NCBI GenBank assembly: GCA_000004985.1 | Contig: GG738850.1 | Origin: Naegleria gruberi | Taxonomy: Eukaryota | Direction: 5' to 3' (one strand) | DNA: 64,000 nucleotides | In this document: in pieces, positions 1-11,036 of the stretch | How positions within the stretch are numbered: the first letter of the stretch is position 1 | How the letters are laid out: each line of letters opens with the position of its first letter | The notes under the pieces: generated by a model | The model's input: only the letters and a program-made list of their open reading frames with translations | Databases searched by the model: none | Told to the model about the DNA's origin: nothing | Translations under genes and position numbers: made by a program

Positions 1-347
1 TTCATTTGGAGCAAAGAGTTTCGTATTGGTATAAGAAATTGTTTGTGAGAGAAAACCCGAATTGTTGACAGGATCAGAAAATATATCCATTGATGGATAA
101 TAGAAAAGAATGGATGAATGTTGATTATGCCAAAAATCAGGAATTGCCATCACATAGTCTGTTTCATGCGAACGAATTTCCTTCACATTCGGCTGGTTTA
201 TATTCGAAAGTGCACAATAAGAATATAAAGATCTAGCTTGCATCACATAATCATAATGAAGAGAGTCGGTCTTTGGTTCCTCTCTGAGTCTACTTGTTGA
301 AATTTCATAAAGGCGGTTGCGGTTTGGGTTTGTAAACATTTTTTTTG
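1..347 (-). CDS. partial CDS (N-terminal ~115 codons, gene continues beyond window start); hypothetical protein
   Basis: Minus-strand ATG at 347-345 with A-rich upstream context. The frame is stop-free to position 1 and translates MFTNPNRNRLYEISTSRLREEPKTDSLHYDYVMQARSLYSYCALSNINQPNVKEIRSHETDYVMAIPDFWHN... It is absent from the ORF track only because it has no in-window stop. I recognise no family. Confidence 0.3.
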
Positions 348-520
348 ATTTGGTTTACCAAAGATTCGAATACACACGTGTGAAAGAAACTACTAGTAGA
401 ACTTGCAATGAACACAAAGATTCTTGAACATCCTATTCCTCCTGAGAGAAGATGAATATTTTGTTGTTTGTCATTAATTTTCAAAATTTATAAAACCTTT
501 TGTTGTTTAGTATAACAATA

Positions 521-973
521 CTAAAGTACAAAACAAGTAAAAATCAAAGCCACAACAATTACCAATTGAACCAATTCTCTACTGAGTGCACTATCTTTCA
601 CTCCCATCCCTGTTCTTGTTCCATTTCCATTTCCATCCACAACTGCAAAACTTGTTGCTCCACCAATTGCATTCTTATCATTACACAATTGACTAGCACA
701 ACAAACCAAATTTGGATAGGCAGCAGGTTGTGCCCTCCATGAATTACAGTTCGATTCTGGTGTAAATCCATATATTTTCTCTCCCATATTTGGATCTTTG
801 AGGTCATATCTGTAACAAACAAATCCGGATGGACAGGATTGTGTGGCGCCATAGTAATTTCCTAATTTGTCGTATCCAACATTACAGGAAAATGCATGGC
901 AGGAGAGTGTCAAGCCAATGAATATTAAAAAAATTAAAATTGTGAGAGTTGAGTGATGGTTGCGTTGTTGCAT
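521..973 (-). CDS. small secreted cysteine-rich protein with Ly6/uPAR (three-finger)-like domain and predicted GPI-anchor signal
   Basis: 150-aa ORF with an N-terminal hydrophobic signal (TLTILIFLIFIGLTLSCHA). The mature region has about 7 Cys and ends in LVCCASQLCN, the CCxxxxCN hallmark of LU/snake-toxin-like domains. A Gly/Asn-rich stretch and then the hydrophobic C-terminus LVQLVIVVALIFTCFVL form a typical GPI-attachment signal. ATG at 973-971 is preceded by an A-run. Confidence 0.5.
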   Translation of the reverse strand: MQQRNHHSTLTILIFLIFIGLTLSCHAFSCNVGYDKLGNYYGATQSCPSGFVCYRYDLKDPNMGEKIYGFTPESNCNSWRAQPAAYPNLVCCASQLCNDKNAIGGATSFAVVDGNGNGTRTGMGVKDSALSRELVQLVIVVALIFTCFVL

Positions 974-1508
974 TTTTTTTTAATGGAATGTAAATGTCAC
1001 TATTCAAATTGATGATTGATTCAATAGATCTGCTGGTATTTCCCTTTGCGGATTCTAATTGGATAACTTCCAACATAATCAAACCATTACAACCTTTCAA
1101 ACAACTTTTCAACTATTCTATTGTTGCGCTTTTTCTCACCAAATGTTGTGAATAATTTAAGGATTTAAGAGACACCTTATTATCACAGCGTGTAGGGGAA
1201 ACAGTCGTTTTTAAGGTCCCTACCTTTCCAGTGGCGAAGACCAGCATTTGTAGTAGGGGGATCAATATATTAGCATTGTAAATTCAGTTCCGCTGAAGGA
1301 GCTCCTCTTCAAATAAGGCAACGTAATGTTCACCAAGATGCAAAATACCAAGCAACACATTTTCTAAGGAACGCACAATAGGTGTGTATGTTGGCAAGCT
1401 TAACACTGTTTGTTATTTGAAGAATCAACAATCTTAATAAGTGAAAGGTATTTACTCTTTGTGGCGAGTGGAGGTTTGTGCAAAAAAACAAAATTATTGG
1501 TGAGCTCA

Positions 1509-1998
1509 ATGCATCCACATACAATGACTCTTATTAGTAACATGGTGAGGAATCAACAATACGAAGATGAGGACAGTGTCAATCAAAGTGTTGTTATTTT
1601 GGAGAGTTGGTGCTCCGTGGGACAGAGAAGAGAAGGTGTTGAGAGAGGAGCTTTTCATTTACTTGACACACAACAATTAAATCACTTGCCGATCATTAGA
1701 ATCGATCAGGAGAATAGTAGTAGCACAACAAGTAGTCCAGACAGTGCTTTGTGCAATAGAGCAATTGTTGCGGAAGAGGAGATTTGTCATAATCAGAGGA
1801 GGGTTGCTTCTTTCAATCAACAAATTGCTCAAACAATTGATAATTTATTTAACACAACGAGTGAGAAGAAACCTTTTATTGTAAATATTGGTGGAGATCA
1901 TTCAGTTGCCATTGGTTCAATTTATGCAATGATGAAGCAATATCCAGATTTGAGAGTATTGTGGGTGGATGCACATGCAGACATTAATACACCAAAAG
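1509..1998 (+). CDS. arginase family protein (ureohydrolase), exon 1
   Basis: Translation contains GGDHSVAIGSI and LWVDAHADINTP, the arginase/agmatinase Mn-binding signatures. The first in-frame ATG is at 1509 (the ORF-track start at 1410 is TTG). GT donor at 1999 after codon phase 1. Confidence 0.8.
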
Positions 1999-2082
1999 GT
2001 TTGTTTTCAACTCTTTTTACGATATTAATTTGAATACTTCCTGAATTCTATTGAATATGTAAAACATGATAATTTCACATAG

Positions 2083-2624
2083 GTTCAATGAGTAAGAACA
2101 TGCATGGAATGCCACTTGCTTTTCTCTGTGGAGAATCAATTTTAGGTCAAGAAAGAAAATCACTTGTTGGTTTTGAATGGATGAATGAAGAGATTAGTCT
2201 TGATGTTTCTTCTCGGTTAGCCTATCTTGGTCTTCGAGATGTTGATGATTTTGAACATGGAATCTTGGAAAAATTCAATATCAAACATTTCACAGCAAGC
2301 CAAATTCATCAATTTGGAATTGGTAATTGCTTGGAAGAATGTTTTACTCATTTGAATTTGAAAAACAGTCAACTTCCTTTATTTTTGAGTTTTGACGTGG
2401 ATGGCATAGATCCAGAATTCACACCTAGCACTGGAACTGCAGTGGAGAATGGAATTTCACATCAAGATGGAATAATGATTTGTAAAAAGTGTGGAGAATA
2501 TTCTAATTTTGTAGGAATGGATTTGGTTGAGGTAAATCCATCGATTGGTGATGAAGAACAAGTGGAAAAGACAATACTAAATTCCATGCATTACATTACA
2601 ACTGCAGTTGAACGAAGATTATAG
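2083..2624 (+). CDS. arginase family protein, exon 2
   Basis: 84-nt intron 1999..2082 (GT..AG) keeps the frame. Exon 2 encodes NMHGMPLAFL, GLRDVDD and SFDVDGIDPEFTPSTGTAVENGIS, which match the arginase SxDxDxxDP motif. Stop at 2622-2624. Confidence 0.8.
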
Positions 2625-2914
2625 GTATTTCATGACAGTTGTCATGTGTTAATCTTTATAGACTTGGAAGCATTGTTCACACTTTTTGTAAGGTTGTATA
2701 AATTGATAGCCTCCTTTGCCTCTAGTGGAGGTCAAAGAGTCCGTAACTCCTATTGTAGAATTTCCTATCACGAGTACCAAGTTCCTTACTATGATGTTCC
2801 AAGTTATTAAGAAATTTTCTTTTAAAACACAAAATTTTCAATTTTTTACAAATTTTCAAAAAAAAATCCTTAAACCATCTCAATACACAGCTCAATTCAA
2901 ACTCTTATTACAAA

Positions 2915-4406
2915 ATGATCGTCATTAGGAAACAAATGATTGATAAGGTAACCTACAGAAGGGAATATAAAGATCGATATATTCCCTTAATTGAATATTA
3001 TCGTAAGAAATATCATTTAAAGATTGAAGAGAATTGTTCCTTGCCTTCCTCCTTTGTGGCTTCAGAGAATGAGAAGAATATTGCTAAAGTTTTCATTAGA
3101 AAGAGACCTATGTTTGAGAATGAGTTTTCGAATAGACAATTTGATGTTGTAACATGCAAGAATGATGGAATTATTCTTTCATGAATGCAAGATTCATACA
3201 TTATTCAGACCTGAACTTTCTTATATTGAATCGGTCAATTTTTCCCTTCCATTGGGAAGTTTTCAATGAAGAGACAACAACTCACGACTTGTCCGAATCT
3301 TCAGTCAAATCTATTCTTTATAATCATGTTCTTTCATTGGAAAGTTTGGAACTGTTTTTTGCTTTGGACAAACTGGAAGTGGCAAAACATTTACAATGAG
3401 TGGAATGATCAACTTGTTTTCTGAGGATTTGTTTACACAATTACCTTCTTCCAAGAGAGTGACCATGACATATGTCGAGCTAATTGGTGAGTCAGTTTAT
3501 GATTTATTGAATGAACATAAGGAAGTGGAGGTGAGAGATGGTGGAGAGGGAGAATTTGTATTGTGTGAAAATGTTTGGGTTGATATTAAGGACAGTACAG
3601 AGTTGCAACGAAATTATCATTTGGCGGGAAGTTTGAGAGAAACTCATGCAACAAGAGTCAATTCAAACTCTTCACGTTCCCATTACATTTGTAGATTGTC
3701 AATTCTGGATCAAGACAATTCAGAATTTGCAAGATTGACATTTTGTGATTTGGCAGGTTCAGAAAGAAATATCGATTCTTTCTATCACAATTCAGAAAGA
3801 TTGAAGGAATCAGCAGCGATCAATTCCTCTCTGATGGCTCTCAAAGATGTCATGAGGGCACTTGTTCTCAAGAAACAAGGAACCAATGTCAGAATTCCTT
3901 ACAGAGCTAGTAAACTCACCAGAATTCTAAAAGATGGATTTGAAACATTGGAAAAACCAACTCAAACAATTCTAATTTCAACAATTTCTCCACAAGCTTG
4001 TGATGCAGAGCATACAATGAATACTTTGAAACATGTTTGTGCTATTGGAAATCATTCGTATCATGCTGAAAATGGGAAATTAATTTTCAGAGAAGTGATT
4101 TCAGAACCAAAGTTAGCACATTACAAAATTGAAGATCAATTAAAACCACTTACAAAAATGGATAGATCAGAAACCTTGGAATGGCTCAGTAAGGTTAGAG
4201 GTGGAATTTTAAAATCTGATTTGAAAAAGTTTCCAAGCAATATGGATGGGAAAATGTTAACTAAACAAGCAGAAAAAAGATTACAACAATTATTAGAAAG
4301 TGAAATATTGGGAAGTCAATTGAGACAAGAAATTATTGATTATACAAATAAGTGTAATCAGCAAAAGGTGGAACACATTGAAACTATTAAAAGAATAAAC
4401 AAATAA
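2915..4406 (+). CDS. kinesin-13-like motor protein (frame-disrupted between ~3180 and ~3335)
   Basis: KVFIRKRPM (neck/N-terminus), P-loop FGQTGSGKTFTM at 3363-3398, switch I NSSRSH, switch II DLAGSE, and INSSLMALKDVMRAL resembling the kinesin-13 SLLALKECIRAL signature. The reading frame changes 2 to 0 (or 1) to 1 to 0 within 3180-3335; see findings. Confidence 0.75.
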
Positions 4407-4582
4407 AAGTGCTCACAAGGAAAAGTTCTCTAAATTTCCATGTAAATATGAAGAAAATGAATTAGTTTGATGTTAAAATGAAATTAATTATTGAACTAGA
4501 TTTATTTTACACATATATTGATATTGCTGAACTCGAATTAAAGTGGAAATATACCACCATTTTTGTAATATTTCACTGTCTA

Positions 4583-5024
4583 TTAACAATTACAAATACT
4601 CCATTGATTTCCTGGTGTAACAGGAGGTTTTGTAATATCAATTGGTCTAGGTTGTGGTGGAACAATATCAGGAGGATTGACAATATTTTTTGGAGGAGTC
4701 TTTGAGTGAATTTCGTTCATAATCGTATTAAATGCCAGTTCAACATTATGTGCATTGAGTGCTGAAGTTTCCATATAAGCACTTCCAATAGATTTGGCAT
4801 ATTCTGTTGCTTCTTCAATTGAAACTTGTCTCAAATGATTCAAATCACACTTATTTCCTACGAGTACCTTTTTACACTCTTGATCTCCATATTTGATTAA
4901 TTGATTTGCCCATTTACCAGCATTGTCGAAACTTTCCTTATTTGTAATATCAAAGACAACCATACAACCTTGAGCTCCACGATACATTGCAGGCATTACA
5001 GCTTGATACTTTTCCTGTCCAGCA
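4583..5024 (-). CDS. Rab-family small GTPase, exon 3 (last)
   Basis: Encodes AGQEKYQAVMPAMYRGAQG, VGNKCDL and ETSALN (G3, G4 and G5 motifs). The C-terminus CNC is a prenylation-type motif. AG acceptor at plus 5025-5026. Confidence 0.85.
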
Positions 5025-5087
5025 CTTTAAGTATTTTACAATTTTTGTAAATATATTAAATATTAAATAATTGAAACTCTTACTTAC

Positions 5088-5247
5088 GTATCCCAAATTT
5101 GAGCATGTACAGTATTTCCCTTAATTTGAATTTCCTTTGAAGCAAAATCAACTCCAATTGTTGGTTTAGTATTCAAATTAAACTTGTTATGAGCAGCTCG
5201 AACAATCAATGATGATTTTCCAACTCCTGAATCTCCAATCACAATAA
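5088..5247 (-). CDS. Rab-family small GTPase, exon 2
   Basis: Encodes [53 protein letters not shown] (P-loop and the RabF motif IGVDF). Donor GTAAGTA on minus = plus 5081-5087. Confidence 0.85.
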
Positions 5248-5355
5248 CTATTTTATATTACATTAACGAAATATCATCACGTGGTCGTGATTATTAAACA
5301 ATTCCGATCAAAATTATTAAATATTATATAAATATTAAATAGTATTATAACTTAC

Positions 5356-5404
5356 GCTTGTAGGAATATCTAATTTCCTCTTCAACATTTCCCGATGACG
5401 ACAT
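5356..5404 (-). CDS. Rab-family small GTPase, exon 1
   Basis: ATG at 5404-5402 gives MSSSGNVEEEIRYSYK followed by a GTAAG donor. The intron 5248..5355 is AT-rich. Confidence 0.7.
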
Positions 5405-6692
5405 TCTTAATTATTATTAGTATTTATAAATTAGTATGAATTGTTAGCAGTGTAGCAATTCGCTTTGTTTTTTTTAACTTTGTTATCTGGTTGAACTCTG
5501 AATTTCCCGCCTTTTTAAAAAATCATAAATTTACGCTACAACGTCTATTTCAAAGATATTTATAGATTTGCCACGTTGTTTTCAACGGCAACAGAAAATA
5601 ATGGAAATTGCACAACATGAAGAGAGAACACAATAAATAATTATGTTGTTGAGCTTTTTCAAATAGGAAGTTTTAGGTTGTTGTGTTACAATACAAATCA
5701 GAGTTAACTCTTTATCGAGATTACAAAGTTGAAACTCTGTTTCTCAATTAAACTTTTGGTAAAGAAGTAAACAACTGTAAATTCCTTGACAATCTATCAT
5801 TCTAAATAAATTGAAAAGTTGTGGACTATATCGAAACCATATTGACAAATGACTTGTTGTTAATTACATCTTGGTGAAGAGTGATTCCAATCCAACATTC
5901 AAGAATCAAAAGGTAAAATAGAATTCTTATTGATTGAATTGACTCGTTGATTATTTTTGGTTCTTTCTTTGTGTTACAACTTATATACTGAGATAGTTAG
6001 GAAAGAAAGGATTCGTTCAGGGTCGTATTTAGTGACAAATAAAATCTCTCATGGTTACAACAGAATTATTAAAAATTCCCATTTAGTTAGTTATTTATTA
6101 TTCTGTCTTCACATTCTAATCCTTTCCAATAACTTCAATATTCACAATTATACAACAAACAACAATACAACCAAACTGAAACTTACTTTGAAACCCACAA
6201 TTGAGTAAATAACATCAGAACTCAATTACGAATCGTATTTCTTTAAAAGTACTGACTTACTTGCGACGTCAGCCCTTAAATTCTTAACCACCAAATCAAA
6301 TTAATTGTGGCCTCTCGGAAATAATCACACGGAAAGAAAAAGAATTTCTCTTTGGAATGTTTGTGCTGGAAGGAGTTTGTGATAGACGAAATAAATACGA
6401 AACCAGACGAATGGCAAAATCATCAGTGATGAAGAGGCAGAGACGCATAAATTGACACAATTAACCACAAAAAATTGCAGTAACAAGAAACCTTGCACGT
6501 TTGTTAAAAGCAAATATCAAAACTAAACTCTTAAAACGTCTGTTAGATATTTTGCTATTCTCGCTCTAAATTTTAAATCACCATTCTAGAAGGCAATCAA
6601 TTCAAGAAAAAAAAAACACAATCAACACTATCATCGTTACTTTACTTTCTTGCAAATATTTCCATTTTAGCTCCTTTCGAATAAATAACACA
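5405..6692. promoter_or_regulatory. divergent intergenic/promoter region between the Rab gene (-) and the PH-LRR-ANK gene (+)
   Basis: 1.3-kb AT-rich region with no homology-supported ORF, flanked by two diverging start codons. Confidence 0.25.
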
Positions 6693-8537
6693 ATGGGTTA
6701 CGAAGAATTAATTCAACAGAAACGAATTGAATCCTGTCTAAAGAAACTAAAGGCAGGTTTCACATGTCTCAAACACGGAAGATATGGTAGTCCTCATCAA
6801 AGAACAGTCTACGTCAATTCCACAGTTGACAAAGTCATGTGGAAAGACGAAAAAGATAAAAAATCAAGCGAACCACTTTCGTCTTTTGTTAAAATGCAGA
6901 AAGGAACCGATACTCCTGTATTTAAACGAAAGAAAGACGTGAAAGAAGAGTTGTGTTTTTCATTGGTTGGTGATGATCGAACTCTTGATTTGGAATTTAC
7001 AAAAAGTGAAGATCGTGATTTTTGGTATGATGTTTTTCAATCCATTTTGAGATATTTCAGACAAAAGACACATGGATTGACAAGTATGGAAAAGGAAGCA
7101 GAGAAGGATTTGCAAGTTTTGGCAAAAAGATGGAATTTTGATATTGAATCGAATAATTGGAAGTTTAGTAAATTTTTGACAAAGGGTACAGTTTTTGAAG
7201 AGAGTGATTACATTACTTTGGGAAGAGCATTGAGTGGGAATAATAGTTTGGAAACACTAGAGTTGACTGAACTCAAGATGGTTGATTCATTGTTTATGAA
7301 GGCATTTGGTTCATTGAAGAGTTCACTAAGAGGATTGACATCACTCATTCTGTCAAATAATGATCTGTCAGATGAAGCTGCTTCAGCTATTGCTTTAATG
7401 GTGAAAGATTGTAAAAAGCTGACACTATTGGACTTGTCTCGTAATGTTATTACAGATCAAGGATTTGAAGATATTGCTCATGCCATTGAATCAAATCCAA
7501 GTTTGAAAACAATCATTTTTGATGATAATCAAGTTTCAGATGCTGGTGCTTTGGTCGTGTGTGAATGTATTCCTCATTCCAAATTGGAAAAATTAACACT
7601 CAATGATAATAACATTTCCAATGAAGGAGCAAAACAGTTAGCTATCCTATTGAAGAAGAAACAACCTTTGAAACATTTGGAATTGGCAAGAAATTCAATT
7701 CAATTCCCAGAACCAGGAGATGATGATGAAAGTTTAGAATTGGCTGCAAGCTTATTGGAAGCAGTCGATACTGATAATTATGCATCTCTACTATTGACAA
7801 GTTTGGAAGGTGCTGACCCTAATTGTCAAAGTGAAGAAGATGGAAAGTCACCACTCCACGTTGCATCAATCAGAGGAGATCGATTAATGTTGGATTATCT
7901 TATCGAACATCCGTACATTGACATTAATACTCAAGATGACCACAAGAAGACTCCACTCTACTATGCTATGTTTTTAAAGCAATTTGAAATTGCCAAATTA
8001 TTGTTGGATAAGGGAGCTGATTTTAAGATTCCAGACGAGAATAATAGAACAATTCTTCACATTGCTGCAGAGTTGGGTTGTAAGGCAATTTGTAAAGATT
8101 TGTTGGACAAGTTTGGAGATGATTGGAAAGCACTCACCAATGACAAGATGACTCCACTCCACTTTGCCTGTAAATATTCGCAGAAAGATGTGGCTTCACT
8201 CTTATTGGAAAGGGATTTGAAAGAAATGGAAAAATCGAGAAAGGACATTGCTCAAGATGATAATTCATCACCTCCGTCCACTTCCAGTACTCAAACTATT
8301 AGTAGTGAATTACTCTATACCAATTGTCAAGATACTTTGGGAAGAACTGCTCTTCACTATGTTCTGATGGCTCAGGAACCAGATGTTGAACTTGCCAAAA
8401 TGTTAGTGAGATTTGGTTCAGATATTTCTATAATTGACAATGTTGGAAGAACTCCTCTCCACAATATTCCAGAAAACTTGAAGCAAATATTATTAAGTGA
8501 AACTCGTCACTTTATGGCTAGAAAGTTTTCCATTTAA
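6693..8537 (+). CDS. PH-like / ribonuclease-inhibitor-type LRR / ankyrin-repeat protein
   Basis: The N-terminal ~120 aa have a PH-like pattern (..VMWKDEKDKK...FWYDVFQSIL). Then come RI-type LRRs (LTSLILSNNDLSDEAASAIA.., LTLLDLSRNVITDQGFEDIA.., LKTIIFDDNQVSDAGA..), then ankyrin repeats (DGKSPLHVASIRGD.., TPLYYAMF.., NNRTILHIAAELG.., MTPLHFACKYS..). Confidence 0.8.
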   Translation: MGYEELIQQKRIESCLKKLKAGFTCLKHGRYGSPHQRTVYVNSTVDKVMWKDEKDKKSSEPLSSFVKMQKGTDTPVFKRKKDVKEELCFSLVGDDRTLDLEFTKSEDRDFWYDVFQSILRYFRQKTHGLTSMEKEAEKDLQVLAKRWNFDIESNNWKFSKFLTKGTVFEESDYITLGRALSGNNSLETLELTELKMVDSLFMKAFGSLKSSLRGLTSLILSNNDLSDEAASAIALMVKDCKKLTLLDLSRNVITDQGFEDIAHAIESNPSLKTIIFDDNQVSDAGALVVCECIPHSKLEKLTLNDNNISNEGAKQLAILLKKKQPLKHLELARNSIQFPEPGDDDESLELAASLLEAVDTDNYASLLLTSLEGADPNCQSEEDGKSPLHVASIRGDRLMLDYLIEHPYIDINTQDDHKKTPLYYAMFLKQFEIAKLLLDKGADFKIPDENNRTILHIAAELGCKAICKDLLDKFGDDWKALTNDKMTPLHFACKYSQKDVASLLLERDLKEMEKSRKDIAQDDNSSPPSTSSTQTISSELLYTNCQDTLGRTALHYVLMAQEPDVELAKMLVRFGSDISIIDNVGRTPLHNIPENLKQILLSETRHFMARKFSI

Positions 8538-8563
8538 TTTTGTTGTACCATAAACAATTCGAA

Positions 8564-10591
8564 TTATAAATAATTAAAGGCGAAAATAGCTTCTTCTGTA
8601 ATGCTTGCTGTGCTAGCATTTCTTGACACTACTCTGACTAGATAACTATCTTGATTTGAAATTGGTTTTGGAGGTACTCTGAATCCGATTGCGTTTGTTG
8701 AGATTACTCCTCCACTTGAAGCAAGCTCAATTCCATTAAACAAAACACTGAATGACATTGAGCTGGTAAGATTATTGTTTGGTGTTTGAATACAAACAAA
8801 TGTTCCTTCAACTCCTTGGTTTGGAACTAGACCACTGAAATGAACAGGAATAGATTGAGACGGGGATTCAGCTCCACTTCTCTCCAACAAGTCGATCAAT
8901 GTTTGAGATTTGATTTCGAATTCCTTCTGAAGGTATATTTGCTGTTCCATATATTTGGAAAATTCATTTCTCATTTCCACCAAAGATTGAATCAAATTAC
9001 TCTTTTCATTGTTGGTCTTCTTTGCCTCTGTTGGATGAATAAATGAAGAGTATGTTGTCGAAGTTGGTGTAATTGTAGTATTGAAACAAGTCCACCCTAT
9101 TTTTGATTGAGGAGTGGGAGGTGGAGATTCATCCACGATAGAGCTTGTTACAACACTCGCACAATCAGAACCTTCCAGTTCGTTTCTTCCTCTCTTTGAA
9201 CCTTTAAGGCAAATCTCTTGTCTCGTTGCACAGGAGAATTGTGTAGTTTCTGACCATGCCACAATAGATTTACCATTGTTTGATGTTTTGAATTTGATAA
9301 TCTTTTTAGAAAAGTCCTTATTCTTCACCATAAATTTGGTTGTCAATGCTATACCCAATCTGAATTTTGATTTTTGAGGTTTCTTCTCTCCCTTCTCCAA
9401 CTTTCCCAGTTCTTCATCAATGGAGTATGTGTAAATATCTGGTCTGAGTTTGAAAATACTATGTTTTAACAAACAGTACTGATCAGAATGGTTATGTTCC
9501 ATGAAAGAATCACATGAGATTCCATCTTCTCCTCTAACATACACATTCAAATACAATTCCTTCATGCCTGAATTGAAACATTGGTCCATCAATTTTTTAG
9601 AGAGTTTGACTGAAATTGGAGAGGGTAGTTTCTTAGTGCCTTTTTTAATTAGGGAATCTGAACGGCCAGCAAGTGAGCCTATAATATATTTGGAGGAGGA
9701 AGAGAAATCTTCCTTCATTGAAATGCTAACATTGGGAATCTTGAAGGGAGCAAGTGATATTTGGTCAATTAGTGAATTGCAATTGCAAATCAGTTGAAAG
9801 TTAATAGTAAAATGTGAGTACATAGATAACTCCATATCAGAGGGGAGTATGGAACCTCTTGGATGAAATTCAATGTTGATAACACCTCCTTCTCGAACAG
9901 GTGATGTTACATGTTTCTGTAATAACTCTTCAAAGCTCATGTCTTGGTTGAGTGGCCCCTCATTGAAAGTAATGACATCAAATTTACCATCCACCTTAAA
10001 AGCAGCAATATGACAACTCAGAGAAATTTGGTTGTTTTCCTCTAAGAGTTTGAGAAGGACATTGCAATTTTGAATGGTAATTATGAATAAAGGCAATCTA
10101 GGATAAATAATCTTGAACTTGTCCGAGGAAAGAGCAAACATGCCATTGGCAGGCAGATCTTTAGCAATACTAAAGAATGGATGTTGTTGGTCATAACATG
10201 TTGGTTGGAAGGCTGTAGATGTGGTTTGCATACATGTGTTAGATGCACTTCCAGATGTCACATCAAAATTTGAAATAAATGACGAAAGGATATCAGAAGT
10301 ATTTTGAATATTCGAATGTAGGATATGTGTTGAGATTCCATCGAGTGTATCTGATCCAAGTAAAGCACATGTACCATCCGAAACATTCAATTCAAACTGC
10401 TGGTTACATGTATCCATGTTATTACGATGATGGCTATCAGATGCAGAAAGATACTTGTGTGATGATGACGAATCATCTGTGGACACGATATTGTTCCTAT
10501 TATTTCTCTGCAGACCTGACATTTCTAATGGGGTCTTTTTTTGTGACGTAATTTTGAAGACAGAAGAAATATCCACGGAAGGGTCAAACAA
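8564..10591 (-). CDS. hypothetical protein (~650 aa) with PH-like segment and Ig-like C-terminus; probable start ATG at 10522
   Basis: Long minus-strand ORF. The track start at 10591 is TTG; the first ATG (MSGLQRNN) is at 10522-10520. The middle segment KFRLGIALTTKFMVKNKDFSKKIIKFKTSNNGKSIVAWSETTQF is PH-like. The C-terminal ~100 aa look beta-rich. I recognise no family. Confidence 0.55.
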   Translation of the reverse strand: MFDPSVDISSVFKITSQKKTPLEMSGLQRNNRNNIVSTDDSSSSHKYLSASDSHHRNNMDTCNQQFELNVSDGTCALLGSDTLDGISTHILHSNIQNTSDILSSFISNFDVTSGSASNTCMQTTSTAFQPTCYDQQHPFFSIAKDLPANGMFALSSDKFKIIYPRLPLFIITIQNCNVLLKLLEENNQISLSCHIAAFKVDGKFDVITFNEGPLNQDMSFEELLQKHVTSPVREGGVINIEFHPRGSILPSDMELSMYSHFTINFQLICNCNSLIDQISLAPFKIPNVSISMKEDFSSSSKYIIGSLAGRSDSLIKKGTKKLPSPISVKLSKKLMDQCFNSGMKELYLNVYVRGEDGISCDSFMEHNHSDQYCLLKHSIFKLRPDIYTYSIDEELGKLEKGEKKPQKSKFRLGIALTTKFMVKNKDFSKKIIKFKTSNNGKSIVAWSETTQFSCATRQEICLKGSKRGRNELEGSDCASVVTSSIVDESPPPTPQSKIGWTCFNTTITPTSTTYSSFIHPTEAKKTNNEKSNLIQSLVEMRNEFSKYMEQQIYLQKEFEIKSQTLIDLLERSGAESPSQSIPVHFSGLVPNQGVEGTFVCIQTPNNNLTSSMSFSVLFNGIELASSGGVISTNAIGFRVPPKPISNQDSYLVRVVSRNASTASITEEAIFAFNYL

Positions 10592-11036
10592 GGCTTGATG
10601 GTTCCAGTTGTGTTGTTGAAGTTATTGTTATTTGGACAACAACATGTTGTGTGAACCTCAGAGATGAGCCTTTCTTTTTCGATTCCGTATCATTTGAATC
10701 CTATTGACAGTAAGGGTATGATCGGAAGATTTGATAGTACTGGAGTAACTAACTCACTGAGCACTGACTCACTGAATTGCATGGTTTTGTTCTCTACATA
10801 TTTGTTTTTGCAAATCACTGATGCACCAGAACACAGATTCAAACAGGTGAAAGGCTTTGATGTAAGTTTTTTGTTCTTAGTGTAGACCCTACCTTAATAA
10901 TTTAGGATTTTTACAACGTTAAGTTTACTCAAAAATCTCGATTTCTTACTTTCCTATTTAAATGTCATGATAATAATTGTTGTAAAGACTGTGATCAAGA
11001 TTGGAATTGAAAATTACTTTATTTTCGAAAATAAAA

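Noticed and set aside
3174-3337. Programmed ribosomal frameshifting at the TTCTTTCAT motif in the kinesin gene
   Set aside because: It is not a canonical slippery heptamer. A third frame change at a T5 run lies between the two copies. Removal of single T's restores excellent homology, so homopolymer miscalls or pseudogenisation are more parsimonious. It is kept as a finding but not asserted.
10664-10885. Small intergenic ORFs (10664-10885, 4478-4705, 5957-6208, 38720-38944, 39189-39413, etc.) as genes
   Set aside because: They are short, AT-rich, without motifs or A-run start context. They lie in spacer or UTR regions between supported genes.
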